A DNA stretch of 64,000 nt, from NCBI GenBank assembly GCA_963666565.1, contig OY762911.1, forward strand, positions 4,032,001 through 4,096,000. The letters are read 5' to 3'. Within the stretch, counting starts at the first letter, position 1, and every line of letters begins with the position of its first letter. The position numbers and the translations under genes were made by a program. Under the pieces are notes generated by a model that was given only the letters and a program-made list of their open reading frames with translations, was not told the DNA's origin and made no database searches. Origin of the DNA: Thermoanaerobaculia bacterium. GTDB taxonomy: Bacteria > Acidobacteriota > Thermoanaerobaculia > Multivoradales > Multivoraceae. Shown one piece after another: positions 10,528 through 19,701 of this stretch.

Positions 10528-10758
10528 CAGGCCGCGTCAGTCCCCGGAGCTTCGGGTCATACGCTCGCGAGCGGAAGGACTCGATTTCGAAAGGGCCTCG
10601 CCGGGGATTCAGCTTGTCGCGCAGCGGCGCCAGACGCTCCCTCCGGATACGCCGCGGGCGCGCTCGTTGGCCGTCCGAACTTCCGATCGCCTCAGGTCGA
10701 TCCTCCGTTTCCCGCTCCGGGACCGCAGGAACCCCACACGGTCGATCACGCCCCACGT

Positions 10759-11447
10759 TCAACAGTCGAAGCTCCCCGCGAGTTCTGGCAGATGCCGGCG
10801 AAACCGGCGCTGGAAGCTCTTGCTCTCCGCACATACGACCTTCACGGTCCTGGCTACCGCGTCTTCGATCACGGGCGGCAGCGGCGACTCGAGGTTCCAA
10901 TAGAACAAGCGCCGCTCTGCGAACCCGGGTGGCACGTACCACTCGAACCGGAACAACGGCACCCGATCCACGTCGCCTCGTGGTCCCCAGTCGTTGCGAA
11001 GGAACTTCCCCACGGTTTCAGGACACGCTGGAGCGAGCCCTTCCGTCCAGAACGCGAAACCCCCACTGCACGGTTCCTCTTGTGCGGTCGACATGACGGT
11101 CGGATGTTCCCAGGGCGCCGTCAGGCGGTCCAGTCCACCCGCCGCCATCCGACCGCAGTACTGTGGCGCCAGATCGCCGCGCGAGTAGGCCGTGAAACCG
11201 TCATCGTGCACGACAAGCTGGCGTACTCCTGATAGAAGCGGCGGGGGAACCAACCGATGGCCACGTTGACCCGAGGCGGGCCATGGCTGGTGAAGCCGTA
11301 CTGCACCGCGAGACATCCCGGATCCTAACTGTAGATGGAGTTGAGGCAGGAACTCAGAATCGGCAAAACAACCAGCACCGGCGTGTAGAGCAGCGCTCGC
11401 CGGATGTGGGCGACGATTCGCCTGCGTTGGTCAACTGAAGCCGCCAC
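10759..11447 (-). pseudogene. Disrupted lipoprotein gene (in-frame TAG plus frameshift)
   Basis: GTG at 11447 reads MAASVDQRRRIVAHIRRALLYTPVLVVLPILSSC (lipobox). TAG at 11325-11327, then the same frame continues DPGCLAVQYG..FYQEYA and shifts near 11215 into LVVHDDG..AGSFDC. Confidence 0.6.
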
Positions 11448-11549
11448 CGCCGGACGCTACAACACCCCGTCTCAGCGGGCCAGGTCGTAGGATACGCGCC
11501 GGACCGCCCGAAGGCGGCGCCCCCGACTCATCGGCAGAAGGAGAACACT

Positions 11550-12386
11550 GTGGACATCGCGAACAGGATCATGGTCGTCACCGGCGGCGCCTCGGGAATC
11601 GGCAAGGCGCTGGCGGAAGGGTTTCACCGCGAGGGCGCGCGGCACGTCGTCGTCGCCGACCGCGACGAGGCGGGGGCCAAGGAAGTCGCCGGGGCGATCG
11701 GCGGCACGGGCGTCGGGCTGGACGTGGCGGACGAGGGCGCCGTGCGCGACCTGGTCGCGGCGACCCAGTCGAGCATCGGTCCGATCGACCTGTTCATGTC
11801 GAACGCCGGATTCGTGACGATGGGCGGTCTCGAGGTCCCCAACCGGGAGATCAACGACCAGTGGGAGGTCCACGTCATGTCCCACGTCTACGCCGCGCGG
11901 GCCGTCCTGCCCTCGATGATCGAGCGCGGCGAGGGGTACATCATGAGCACGGCCTCCGCGGCGGGTCTGCTGACCCAGATCGGCTCGCTCGCCTACTCGC
12001 TGACCAAGCACGCGGCGGTGGCGCTGGCGGAGTGGATCGCGATCACTCACCACCACCAGGGCATCCGCGTCTCGGTGCACTGCCCGCAGGCGGTGAAGAC
12101 GAACATCGGCGCCAACAGCCCCGACCGGAACCGGCGGCGGGGCCTGTCGGTCGGGGTCGCCTCCGGCGACGGCGTGCTCACGGCCGAGCAGGCCGCCGAC
12201 GCCTGCATCGACGCGGTCCGCGAGGAGCGCTTCTGGGTCCTGCCTCACCCCGAGGTTGCGGAGTACGTCCGGCGCAAGGGGAGCGACATCGACCGCTGGC
12301 TCCACGGCATGAGGCGCTTCCAGGGACGGCTGTACGAGGGCCAGCCGCTCCCCGGCGACTGGTTCGTCGACGCCCGGGACGACTGA
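11550..12386 (+). CDS. SDR family oxidoreductase
   Basis: TGGASGIG, NAG and YSLTK catalytic motif; AAGGAG RBS. Confidence 0.93.
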   Translation: MDIANRIMVVTGGASGIGKALAEGFHREGARHVVVADRDEAGAKEVAGAIGGTGVGLDVADEGAVRDLVAATQSSIGPIDLFMSNAGFVTMGGLEVPNREINDQWEVHVMSHVYAARAVLPSMIERGEGYIMSTASAAGLLTQIGSLAYSLTKHAAVALAEWIAITHHHQGIRVSVHCPQAVKTNIGANSPDRNRRRGLSVGVASGDGVLTAEQAADACIDAVREERFWVLPHPEVAEYVRRKGSDIDRWLHGMRRFQGRLYEGQPLPGDWFVDARDD

Positions 12387-12545
12387 GGCTGCCGGGAACG
12401 GAACCACGGCCCGCGACGCGTCCGTCCCCGGACGATCCGGTCTTCTCGACGCGCTGGCGGCGGCAGGGAACGCGCGCCGCGCGGACCCGCGCGCCCTGGG
12501 CGACGGGCTGCCGAACCGCCTGCAACTCGCGGTAGGCTAACGACA

Positions 12546-15500
12546 ATGACGGCCTTCTCTCTGGACGACAAGTACACCCTTACCGAAGGCCGGGTGGCGA
12601 TCACCGGCATCCAGGCTCTGGTCCGGCTGCCGATGGACCAGCACCGCCGCGACCGCGAAGCCGGCCTGCGCGTCGGCGGGTTCGTCAGCGGCTACCCGGG
12701 ATCGCCTCTCGGCGAATACGACAAGCAACTCATGCGCGCCGGCCGGTTGCTGGCGGACCACGACGTGGTCTGCCAACCGGCGATCAACGAGGAGACGGCG
12801 GCGACCTCCATCTACGGCGCGCAGCTCCTCGAGCGGTTCCCTCACCAGCGGTACGACGGGGTCGTCGGCTACTGGTACGGCAAGACGCCGGGCGTCGACC
12901 GCACGGGCGACGCCTTCCGCCACGGCAACTTCATCGGTACCGGCAAGCACGGCGGGGTGCTCGTGCTGGCCGGCGACGACACGGCGTGCAAGAGCTCGAC
13001 CATCCCCGGCGACAGCACGCCGAGCCTCTTCGACCTCTCGATCCCCGTGCTCTACCCGGGCGATCCGGCGGAGATCCTGGAGTTCGGCCTGCACGGCATC
13101 GCCCTGTCGCGGTTCTCCGGCCTGTGGACCGCCCTCAAGGTGGTGACCAACGTCGCCGACGGCGGCGCGGTCATCGACCTGCCGCGGACGCCGCCGCCGG
13201 TGCTGCCGGAGCTCGAAGTCGGAGGCCGACCGTTCCAGAAGCAGCTCGACATCCGGCTGCTGCCGCCGCACTCGGTGGAGATCGAGCGGCAGATCTTCTC
13301 GGAGCGCACGGCGGCCGCGCTGGCCTACGTCCACGCCAACGGCCTGGACAGCATCCGTTGCGCCGGCCCCGGCGACCGCCTGGGCCTGATCGCCGCCGGC
13401 AAGCCCTACCGCGACCTGCGGCTCGCGCTCCGCCTGCTGGGGCTCGACGAAGCCGCGCTCGATCGTCACGGCATCCGGGTGCTCAAGCTCGGTTGCATCG
13501 CGCCCATCGAAACCCGGCGCCTGCGCGAGTTCGCCGCCGGCCTGGAGGAGATCGTCGTCGTCGAAGACAAGCGCGGCTTCATCGAAGGCCAGGTACGTCA
13601 GACGCTCTACAACCTTCCCGACCGCCCGCTCGTCGGCGGCAAGCGAACGCCGGAGGGCGAGGAACTGTTCCCGGTCCACGGCGAACTGGAGGGTCACCAG
13701 ATGGCCCTGATCCTCGGCGCCTACCTGGAGCGGCGGCTGCCGGGCGCCGTGCCGGCGGAGAACCTGTCCCGCCTGCGGGCGGGCGCCGAGCACGCCGGCA
13801 TGGCAGCGACCCTGCCCGCCGCCCTGCCGCGGACGCCCTACTTCTGCAGCGGCTGCCCGCACAACACCTCGACCCGGTTGCCCGAAGGGTCGGAGGTGGC
13901 CGGCGGCGGCATCGGCTGCCACGCGATGGCGATGTGGATGGACCGCGGCATCGGTTGGGTGCCGCAGATGGGCGGCGAAGGCGCCTGCTGGATCGGCCTC
14001 GCGCCCTTCACGGAACAGGAGCACGTGTTCCAGAACGTCGGCGACGGCACCTACGCGCACTCCGCCAGCAAGGCGATCGAGGCCTGCATCGCCGCCGACA
14101 TGCACATGACCTTCCGCATCCTCTACAACTCGGCCGTGGCCATGACCGGCGGCCAGGATGCGGTGGGACTGCTCAGTTCGATGGGCGTCGCGAAGCAGCT
14201 CCAGATCCAGGGCATGAAGCGGGTCGTCCTGGTGACCGAAGATCTGGAGCGCTTCCCTCATCGCGACGACAACGGAGTCGAGATCCGGCACCGCCGCGAC
14301 TACGACCAGGTGCTCAGGGAACTGCGGGCGATCGAGGGCCCGACGGCCGTCGTCTACGACCAGCAGTGCGCGGCGGAGAAGCGTCGCGAGCGCAAGCGCG
14401 GCATCCAGGAGACGCCGAGCCAGCGCGTCTACATCAACCCGGCGGTGTGCGAGGGCTGCGGCGACTGCGCCGCGAAATCGAACTGCCTCTCCGTGGCACC
14501 GCTCGACACCGAGTACGGCCGCAAGACGCAGATCCACCAGTCGTCGTGCAACCTGGACTACTCGTGCATCGAGGGCGACTGCCCCGCCTTCATGACCGTC
14601 GATCTCGGCGCGGGCACGAAGCCGGTGCGGCGCGCCGCCGCGGCGCCTCTCGCCGAGGATGCGGTCCCCGAACCGGCCGGCAAGCTGCGTGAGAACGACA
14701 CCTTCCGGGCGCTGCTGGTGGGAATCGGCGGCACCGGCGTCGTCACCGTCGACGCGATCCTGGTTACCGCGGCCCTGCTCGAAGGCCGGTACGCGGTCCA
14801 CCTCGACCAGACCGGTCTGGCGCAGAAGGGCGGCGCGGTGGTCTCGAACCTCCTGCTCAGCAGCGAGCCGATCGACCGGGCGAACAAGCTGGGCGAGGGC
14901 GAGGCCGACCTGGCCCTGTCCTTCGACCTCCTGGCCACGGTGGCCACGGACAACATCAAGCGGTTCTCCCGGGAGAACACGGCCGTGGTCGCCAACACCG
15001 CCGGCATCAGCCCGGCCGCAGTCATCACGGACAGTTCAGCCCGCATGCCGCCGCTCGACGAACTGCGCAAGCGGCTCGCCCTGTTCACGGACAGCGACCG
15101 CAGTTGCTTCGTGGATGCCGAGGCCGCCACCGAGCGGCTGCTCGGCAACAGCGTCACCGGCAACATCTTCCTCGTCGGCGCCGCCTACCAGCGGGGCCTG
15201 CTGCCGCTCCAGGCGCGCTTCATCGAGCAGGCGCTGGTCACGAACGGCGTCGCCGTCGAGGACAACATCCAGGCCTTCCGGTACGGCCGGCTCTCCGTCG
15301 CCGATCCGGAGCGGTTCCGGCGCGCCGCCGGGCTTGCCGAACCCGAGGCGCCGACCGCGGCCGCGGCGGTCGACGCCGCCCGCGAGCGGCTCGACCGCTG
15401 GGCGCCGAAGCTCGGGCCGGAACTCGACCGGCTGCTCGCCGGGGCGCCGCGGGGAGGAGCGCTCGACTGTCTCCTGCCCGGCCGCGTTGCCGACATGCTG

Positions 15501-16100
15501 CTCTACGGCGGCGGTTTCGCGGAGCGCTATCTCGGCTTCGTCGCCGAGGTGGCCGACGCCGAGGAGTCCAGGCTGACGGGCCACACCGCCGTCCGCGAGG
15601 CGGCGGCGCGCTACGGCTTCAAGCTCCTCGCGGTCAAGGACGAGTACGAAGTCGCGCGCCTGTGGCTCCAGGACCCGACCTGGGACCAGGTGGCCCGGGA
15701 CTACGACGGCTCGCTGTCCCGCCAGGTCCTGCTCCACCCGCCGACCCTCCGCCGGTTCGGCTGGAAGCGGAAAATCCGTCTGGGCACCTGGTCGCGCTCG
15801 CTGTTCCGGCTGCTGTACGCCGTGCGCGGGCTTCGCGGCACCGCGCTCGACGTCTTCGGAGGGACCCGGCACCGCCGCCTGGAACGCGGGCTGTTCGACT
15901 GGTACCGCGGCCTGGTCCACGGCGCCCTCGACCGGCTCGACGCGGACTCCGCGCCGCTGGTCGTCGAGGTTGCCGAGATCCCCGACTCGATCCGCGGCTA
16001 CGAGGACGTCAAGGAGCGCACGGTCGCCACGGCCCGGACGCGGGCGAGGCAGCTTCTGGACAGGCTCGACGAGCCGCCGGCCGACTCCCGCGTAGCCTGA
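12546..16100 (+). CDS. Indolepyruvate:ferredoxin oxidoreductase family protein (fused alpha/beta)
   Basis: GYPGSPLG, FCSGCPHN, GIGCH, TPP-binding GDGTY..S...LYN, CEGCGDC and CNLDYSC..GDCP Fe-S motifs, GIGGTGV, KDEYEVARL. Confidence 0.93.
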   Translation: MTAFSLDDKYTLTEGRVAITGIQALVRLPMDQHRRDREAGLRVGGFVSGYPGSPLGEYDKQLMRAGRLLADHDVVCQPAINEETAATSIYGAQLLERFPHQRYDGVVGYWYGKTPGVDRTGDAFRHGNFIGTGKHGGVLVLAGDDTACKSSTIPGDSTPSLFDLSIPVLYPGDPAEILEFGLHGIALSRFSGLWTALKVVTNVADGGAVIDLPRTPPPVLPELEVGGRPFQKQLDIRLLPPHSVEIERQIFSERTAAALAYVHANGLDSIRCAGPGDRLGLIAAGKPYRDLRLALRLLGLDEAALDRHGIRVLKLGCIAPIETRRLREFAAGLEEIVVVEDKRGFIEGQVRQTLYNLPDRPLVGGKRTPEGEELFPVHGELEGHQMALILGAYLERRLPGAVPAENLSRLRAGAEHAGMAATLPAALPRTPYFCSGCPHNTSTRLPEGSEVAGGGIGCHAMAMWMDRGIGWVPQMGGEGACWIGLAPFTEQEHVFQNVGDGTYAHSASKAIEACIAADMHMTFRILYNSAVAMTGGQDAVGLLSSMGVAKQLQIQGMKRVVLVTEDLERFPHRDDNGVEIRHRRDYDQVLRELRAIEGPTAVVYDQQCAAEKRRERKRGIQETPSQRVYINPAVCEGCGDCAAKSNCLSVAPLDTEYGRKTQIHQSSCNLDYSCIEGDCPAFMTVDLGAGTKPVRRAAAAPLAEDAVPEPAGKLRENDTFRALLVGIGGTGVVTVDAILVTAALLEGRYAVHLDQTGLAQKGGAVVSNLLLSSEPIDRANKLGEGEADLALSFDLLATVATDNIKRFSRENTAVVANTAGISPAAVITDSSARMPPLDELRKRLALFTDSDRSCFVDAEAATERLLGNSVTGNIFLVGAAYQRGLLPLQARFIEQALVTNGVAVEDNIQAFRYGRLSVADPERFRRAAGLAEPEAPTAAAAVDAARERLDRWAPKLGPELDRLLAGAPRGGALDCLLPGRVADMLLYGGGFAERYLGFVAEVADAEESRLTGHTAVREAAARYGFKLLAVKDEYEVARLWLQDPTWDQVARDYDGSLSRQVLLHPPTLRRFGWKRKIRLGTWSRSLFRLLYAVRGLRGTALDVFGGTRHRRLERGLFDWYRGLVHGALDRLDADSAPLVVEVAEIPDSIRGYEDVKERTVATARTRARQLLDRLDEPPADSRVA

Positions 16101-16167
16101 ATCGCGCCGGAGTCAAAGCTCCTCGCCGCGCCCACGAAGAGGCGACGGGCTGCTACGATCCTCCGCC

Positions 16168-16989
16168 GTGACGAACCGCCGGATCGCTGCCGCCCTCTGC
16201 GTCCTTCCGGCCCTGCTGACGGTGCCGGCCGCCTCGGCGCACGCCCAGGCGACAGCTCACCCGGTGCTGAGCGCCTTCGCGCCCATCGACGACTACATCC
16301 TCGATGTCGATGGTCAGGCCGATTCCGGCGCGAGGCTGTACCTCTCGCAGCGCGCCGCGGCGATGCTGATCCTGAGCGAATCCCTGGGCGAGCCCGTGCT
16401 GCTGTGGGCCCGCACGATGGCCGTGGATCGCTTGCCGGCGACCGACCTTCTGGCCGCCGGCGCCGGCTACGACGTGGTCGCCGAGCCGGCCAAGACCTAC
16501 GTCGGCGAAGCCCAGGCCGACCAAGCCGCGATCTTGCTGCCCCTGGAGGGCCTCGACGCCCGCGTGATCCCCCGACCGCCCCTCGTCGGCGACCGCACTC
16601 TCGGCGAACTGCTGGAGCACTCCCCCGGCTACCGCGTCGGCATGGACGCCTTCGAGCCGAACACCGCGGCGATGGCCGCGCTCCGCGAAGCCGAACCGGC
16701 GCGCGTACGGGTCTTCTTCGGCTCCTGGTGCGGCGTCTGCAAGCGAGTGCTTCCCAACCTGCTCGAGGTCGAGGCGGGTCTGGAAGGCGCCAACCTCACG
16801 TTCGAGTACTACGGCCTGACCGCGCCCCCTGCCGGCTGGGAAGATCCGGAGGTCAAGGCGAACGAAGTGACGGGCCTGCCGATGGCTATCGTCTACCGCG
16901 ACGGTCAGGAAGTCGGCCGCTTCGGCGGTGCAACCGACTTCGCCCAGCCGGCTCAGGCGCTGCAAGTCCTGCTCTCCGGATCCCGCTAG
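16168..16989 (+). CDS. Exported thioredoxin-family protein
   Basis: Signal peptide and C-terminal thioredoxin fold 'FFGSWCGVC...GLP..IVYRDGQEVGR'. Confidence 0.85.
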   Translation: MTNRRIAAALCVLPALLTVPAASAHAQATAHPVLSAFAPIDDYILDVDGQADSGARLYLSQRAAAMLILSESLGEPVLLWARTMAVDRLPATDLLAAGAGYDVVAEPAKTYVGEAQADQAAILLPLEGLDARVIPRPPLVGDRTLGELLEHSPGYRVGMDAFEPNTAAMAALREAEPARVRVFFGSWCGVCKRVLPNLLEVEAGLEGANLTFEYYGLTAPPAGWEDPEVKANEVTGLPMAIVYRDGQEVGRFGGATDFAQPAQALQVLLSGSR

Positions 16990-16999
16990 AGGAGAAGAC

Positions 17000-17260
17000 A
17001 ACGATGGCCAAGGAACACGGGAAACAGACCGTCTGAACGACGACCGCTTGAGCCGCATCGGTGACGCTACGATACGGAGGATGAACGATGGCCAAGGAAC
17101 ACGGGAAACAGACCGTCTGAACGACGACCGCTTGAGCCGGATCGGTGACGCTGCGATACGGAGGATGAACGATGGCCAAGGAACACGGGAAACAGACCGT
17201 CTGAACGACGACCGCTTGAGCCGGATCGGTGACGCTGCGATACGGAGGATGAACGATGGC
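17000..17260 (+). repeat. Three 84-bp tandem repeat units plus a 9-bp partial, each carrying a mini-ORF MAKEHGKQTV* and an RBS
   Basis: Units start at 17000, 17084 and 17168. Unit 1 differs from units 2/3 at two positions. The partial AACGATGGC supplies the ATG of the next gene. Confidence 0.95.
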
Positions 17261-18551
17261 ATGGGACTTCGAAACAGACGCTGAATTCCAGGACAAGCTG
17301 GACTGGATGGACGAGTTCGTCACCAACGAAATCGAACCGCTCCGCTTCGTCCTCGGCAGCCCCTACGACCTGTCCTGTCCCAAGCGGCAGAAGCTGATCC
17401 CGCCGCTCCAGGAGGAGGTCAAGAAGCGGGCGCTCTGGGCCTGCCACCTCGGTCCCGACCTCGGCGGCCAGGGCTACGGCCAGGTCAAGCTGGCGCTGAT
17501 GAACGAGATCCTGGGCCGGGCGCCGCACGCGCCGATCGTCTTTGGCTGTCAGGCGCCGGATTCCGGCAACGCGGAGATCCTGGCCCACTACGGCACGGAC
17601 GCGCAGAAGGCCCGCTTCCTGCAGCCGCTGCTCGACAACGAGATGGTCTCGGCCTACTCGATGACCGAGCCGCACGGCGGTTCCGACCCGAAGGTGTTCA
17701 CGACCCGCGCCGTCCTCGACGGCGACGAGTGGGTGATCAACGGCGAGAAGTGGTTCTCCTCGAACGCCCGCTACGCCTCCTTCCTCATCGTCATGGTCGT
17801 GACCGATCCGGACGCGCCGCCCTACAACAAGATGTCCATATTCCTCGTGCCGAAGGACACGCCGGGCGTCGAGATCGTCCGCAACGTCGCGGTCGGCGCC
17901 GGCGAGCAGGAGGGCTCGCACGGCTATGTCCGCTACACGGACGTGCGCATCCCCCAGGACCACCTGCTCGGCCAGCGCGGACAGGGCTTCGTGGTCGCCC
18001 AGACCAGGCTGGGCGGAGGCCGCATTCACCACGCAATGCGGACGATCGCCAAGGTCCGTACCGCCTTCGACCAGATGTGCGAGCGGGTGCTCTCCCGCGA
18101 GACCCAGGGCGAACTCCTGGCGCAGAAGCAGCTCGTGCAGGAGAAGATCGCCGACTCCTGGGCGCAGATCGAGCAGTTCCGGCTGTTCGTGCTCCAGACC
18201 GCCTGGAAGATCGACAAGTACAAGGACTACCGGATGGTCCGCAAGGACATCTCGGCGGTCAAGGCGGTCATGCCGAAGGTCTACCTGGACGTCTTCTCGC
18301 GGGCGCTGATGATCCATGGCTCGCTCGGCGTCTCGAACGAGATGCCCTACTCCGCCGGCGTCATCGACTCCTTCCACATGGCCCTGGCCGACGGCCCGAC
18401 CGAGGTCCACAAGATCACCGTGGCGAGGCAGCTCCTTCGCGAGTACGCCGGCACGGACGACCTCTTCCCGACCACCCACCTGCCGAAGCTCCGTCAGGCC
18501 GCGTACGAGAAGTACGCCGAGGCGCTCGAACACGAGGTGGCGGCCAACTGA
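17256..18551 (+). CDS. Acyl-CoA dehydrogenase
   Basis: APDSGNAE, SMTEP..GSDP, INGEKWF, AQTRLGGGRIHH, DGPTEVH. Confidence 0.95.
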   Translation: MAWDFETDAEFQDKLDWMDEFVTNEIEPLRFVLGSPYDLSCPKRQKLIPPLQEEVKKRALWACHLGPDLGGQGYGQVKLALMNEILGRAPHAPIVFGCQAPDSGNAEILAHYGTDAQKARFLQPLLDNEMVSAYSMTEPHGGSDPKVFTTRAVLDGDEWVINGEKWFSSNARYASFLIVMVVTDPDAPPYNKMSIFLVPKDTPGVEIVRNVAVGAGEQEGSHGYVRYTDVRIPQDHLLGQRGQGFVVAQTRLGGGRIHHAMRTIAKVRTAFDQMCERVLSRETQGELLAQKQLVQEKIADSWAQIEQFRLFVLQTAWKIDKYKDYRMVRKDISAVKAVMPKVYLDVFSRALMIHGSLGVSNEMPYSAGVIDSFHMALADGPTEVHKITVARQLLREYAGTDDLFPTTHLPKLRQAAYEKYAEALEHEVAAN

Positions 18552-18592
18552 CGTAGCGTTCCGCCGCGCAAGCTGCTACATTCCCCCTCGCC

Positions 18593-18934
18593 ATGTTGAA
18601 GAACTTCCTGTTTGCGATCGCGTACATCCTCGGCGCGGGTTGGTGGGCCAGTCAAGCCATGGTCGATGCGGCGGCCGGGTCCTGGTGGAACCTCCTCGCC
18701 TTCTTCGCCGTCCTGACCTTCTTCCTGGTCCGCATCGGCTGCATGGGCGGCAGCGAGGAGGACGCCCGGAAGATGGGCAACGTCTTCTCGATCCTCATCG
18801 CCGTGGCCCTGCTGGTCATCGCGGGGATGGGGCTGGCTGGCGGCGACGGAAGCGTCGCGAACGTGGTCTTCGCGCTGCTGTTCTCGGTCGTTGCCGGGCT
18901 CGGCCTGCGCGCGACAGCCGCCGCGCACGCCTAG
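18593..18934 (+). CDS. Small 4-TM membrane protein, hypothetical
   Basis: Four hydrophobic segments, GC3-biased codons, extended -10-like box just upstream. Confidence 0.7.
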   Translation: MLKNFLFAIAYILGAGWWASQAMVDAAAGSWWNLLAFFAVLTFFLVRIGCMGGSEEDARKMGNVFSILIAVALLVIAGMGLAGGDGSVANVVFALLFSVVAGLGLRATAAAHA

Positions 18935-19056
18935 CGCTCCGCGTTCGCAGCTTGCCGGCAACTCGCGGTCAGCGCGAGTCTGCAAGCGACAGTGCTACGC
19001 TTCCACCGACGACGCCATCCACCCGGGCTTCCCGGTCACCCGACGGAGAAACGGAC

Positions 19057-19584
19057 ATGCTCCTCGACCTCGCCAAGAACCGCCCACATCTGCTCGTGGC
19101 GGCAGCCGCACTGCTGCTTCTCTTCGCCGGCTGCGCCGCCGGCTCCGAGGACGATCACGCGGACCATGACCACGCGGAAAGCGACATGGACCACGCGGAA
19201 GAAGCGGCCGACGACGGCGCGCCGCGCGTCTACTTCGTGGGGCTGGAGAACCACGCCACGATCCCCAGCCTGATCGACCTGCAGTTCGCGGCCGAGAACT
19301 TCATCATCGAGCCGGTGGGCGACGGCGCGATCAACGAGGGCGCCGGCCACTACCACATCGCCATCGACGGCGAGTGTCTGGAGCCGGGCATCGTGATCCC
19401 GACAGCCGACCCGTGGATCCACTTCGGAGACGGCTCGGACTCGATCGAACTCGAGCTCAGCCCCGGCGAGCACTACCTCTGCCTCCAGATCGGCGACGGC
19501 GAGCACCGCACGCTCGACGAGCCGGGCCTGTCGCAGTACATCATGGTGCACGTCGAGGAAGAGGCCGAGGCGGCGACCGAGTAG
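19057..19584 (+). CDS. DUF4399-domain lipoprotein with His/Asp-rich linker
   Basis: Lipobox FAGC; 'GHYHIAID..IHFGDG..LSPGEHYLCLQIGDGEH'; GGAGA RBS. Confidence 0.8.
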   Translation: MLLDLAKNRPHLLVAAAALLLLFAGCAAGSEDDHADHDHAESDMDHAEEAADDGAPRVYFVGLENHATIPSLIDLQFAAENFIIEPVGDGAINEGAGHYHIAIDGECLEPGIVIPTADPWIHFGDGSDSIELELSPGEHYLCLQIGDGEHRTLDEPGLSQYIMVHVEEEAEAATE

Positions 19585-19701
19585 CCCCGCAGCTTCGCGG
19601 CGTCGGACACAACGCGCCCGTCCTGGGTCAGGATGGGCTGGACGTCGGTGCCTGGGCCAGAACCGGAGCCTGCGACAGGTCCGGCGGCGCCAGAGCTGGC
19701 C

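Noticed and set aside
10540-10750. Short gene remnant on the minus strand
   Set aside because: There is some protein-like sequence but no start, RBS or recognisable family.
11325-11327. Pyrrolysine/amber recoding
   Set aside because: The same gene also has a frameshift and no pyl genes are in the window, so pseudogenisation is simpler.
17000-17260. CRISPR array
   Set aside because: The units are identical along their whole length with no unique spacers, and no cas genes are present. It is a tandem repeat.
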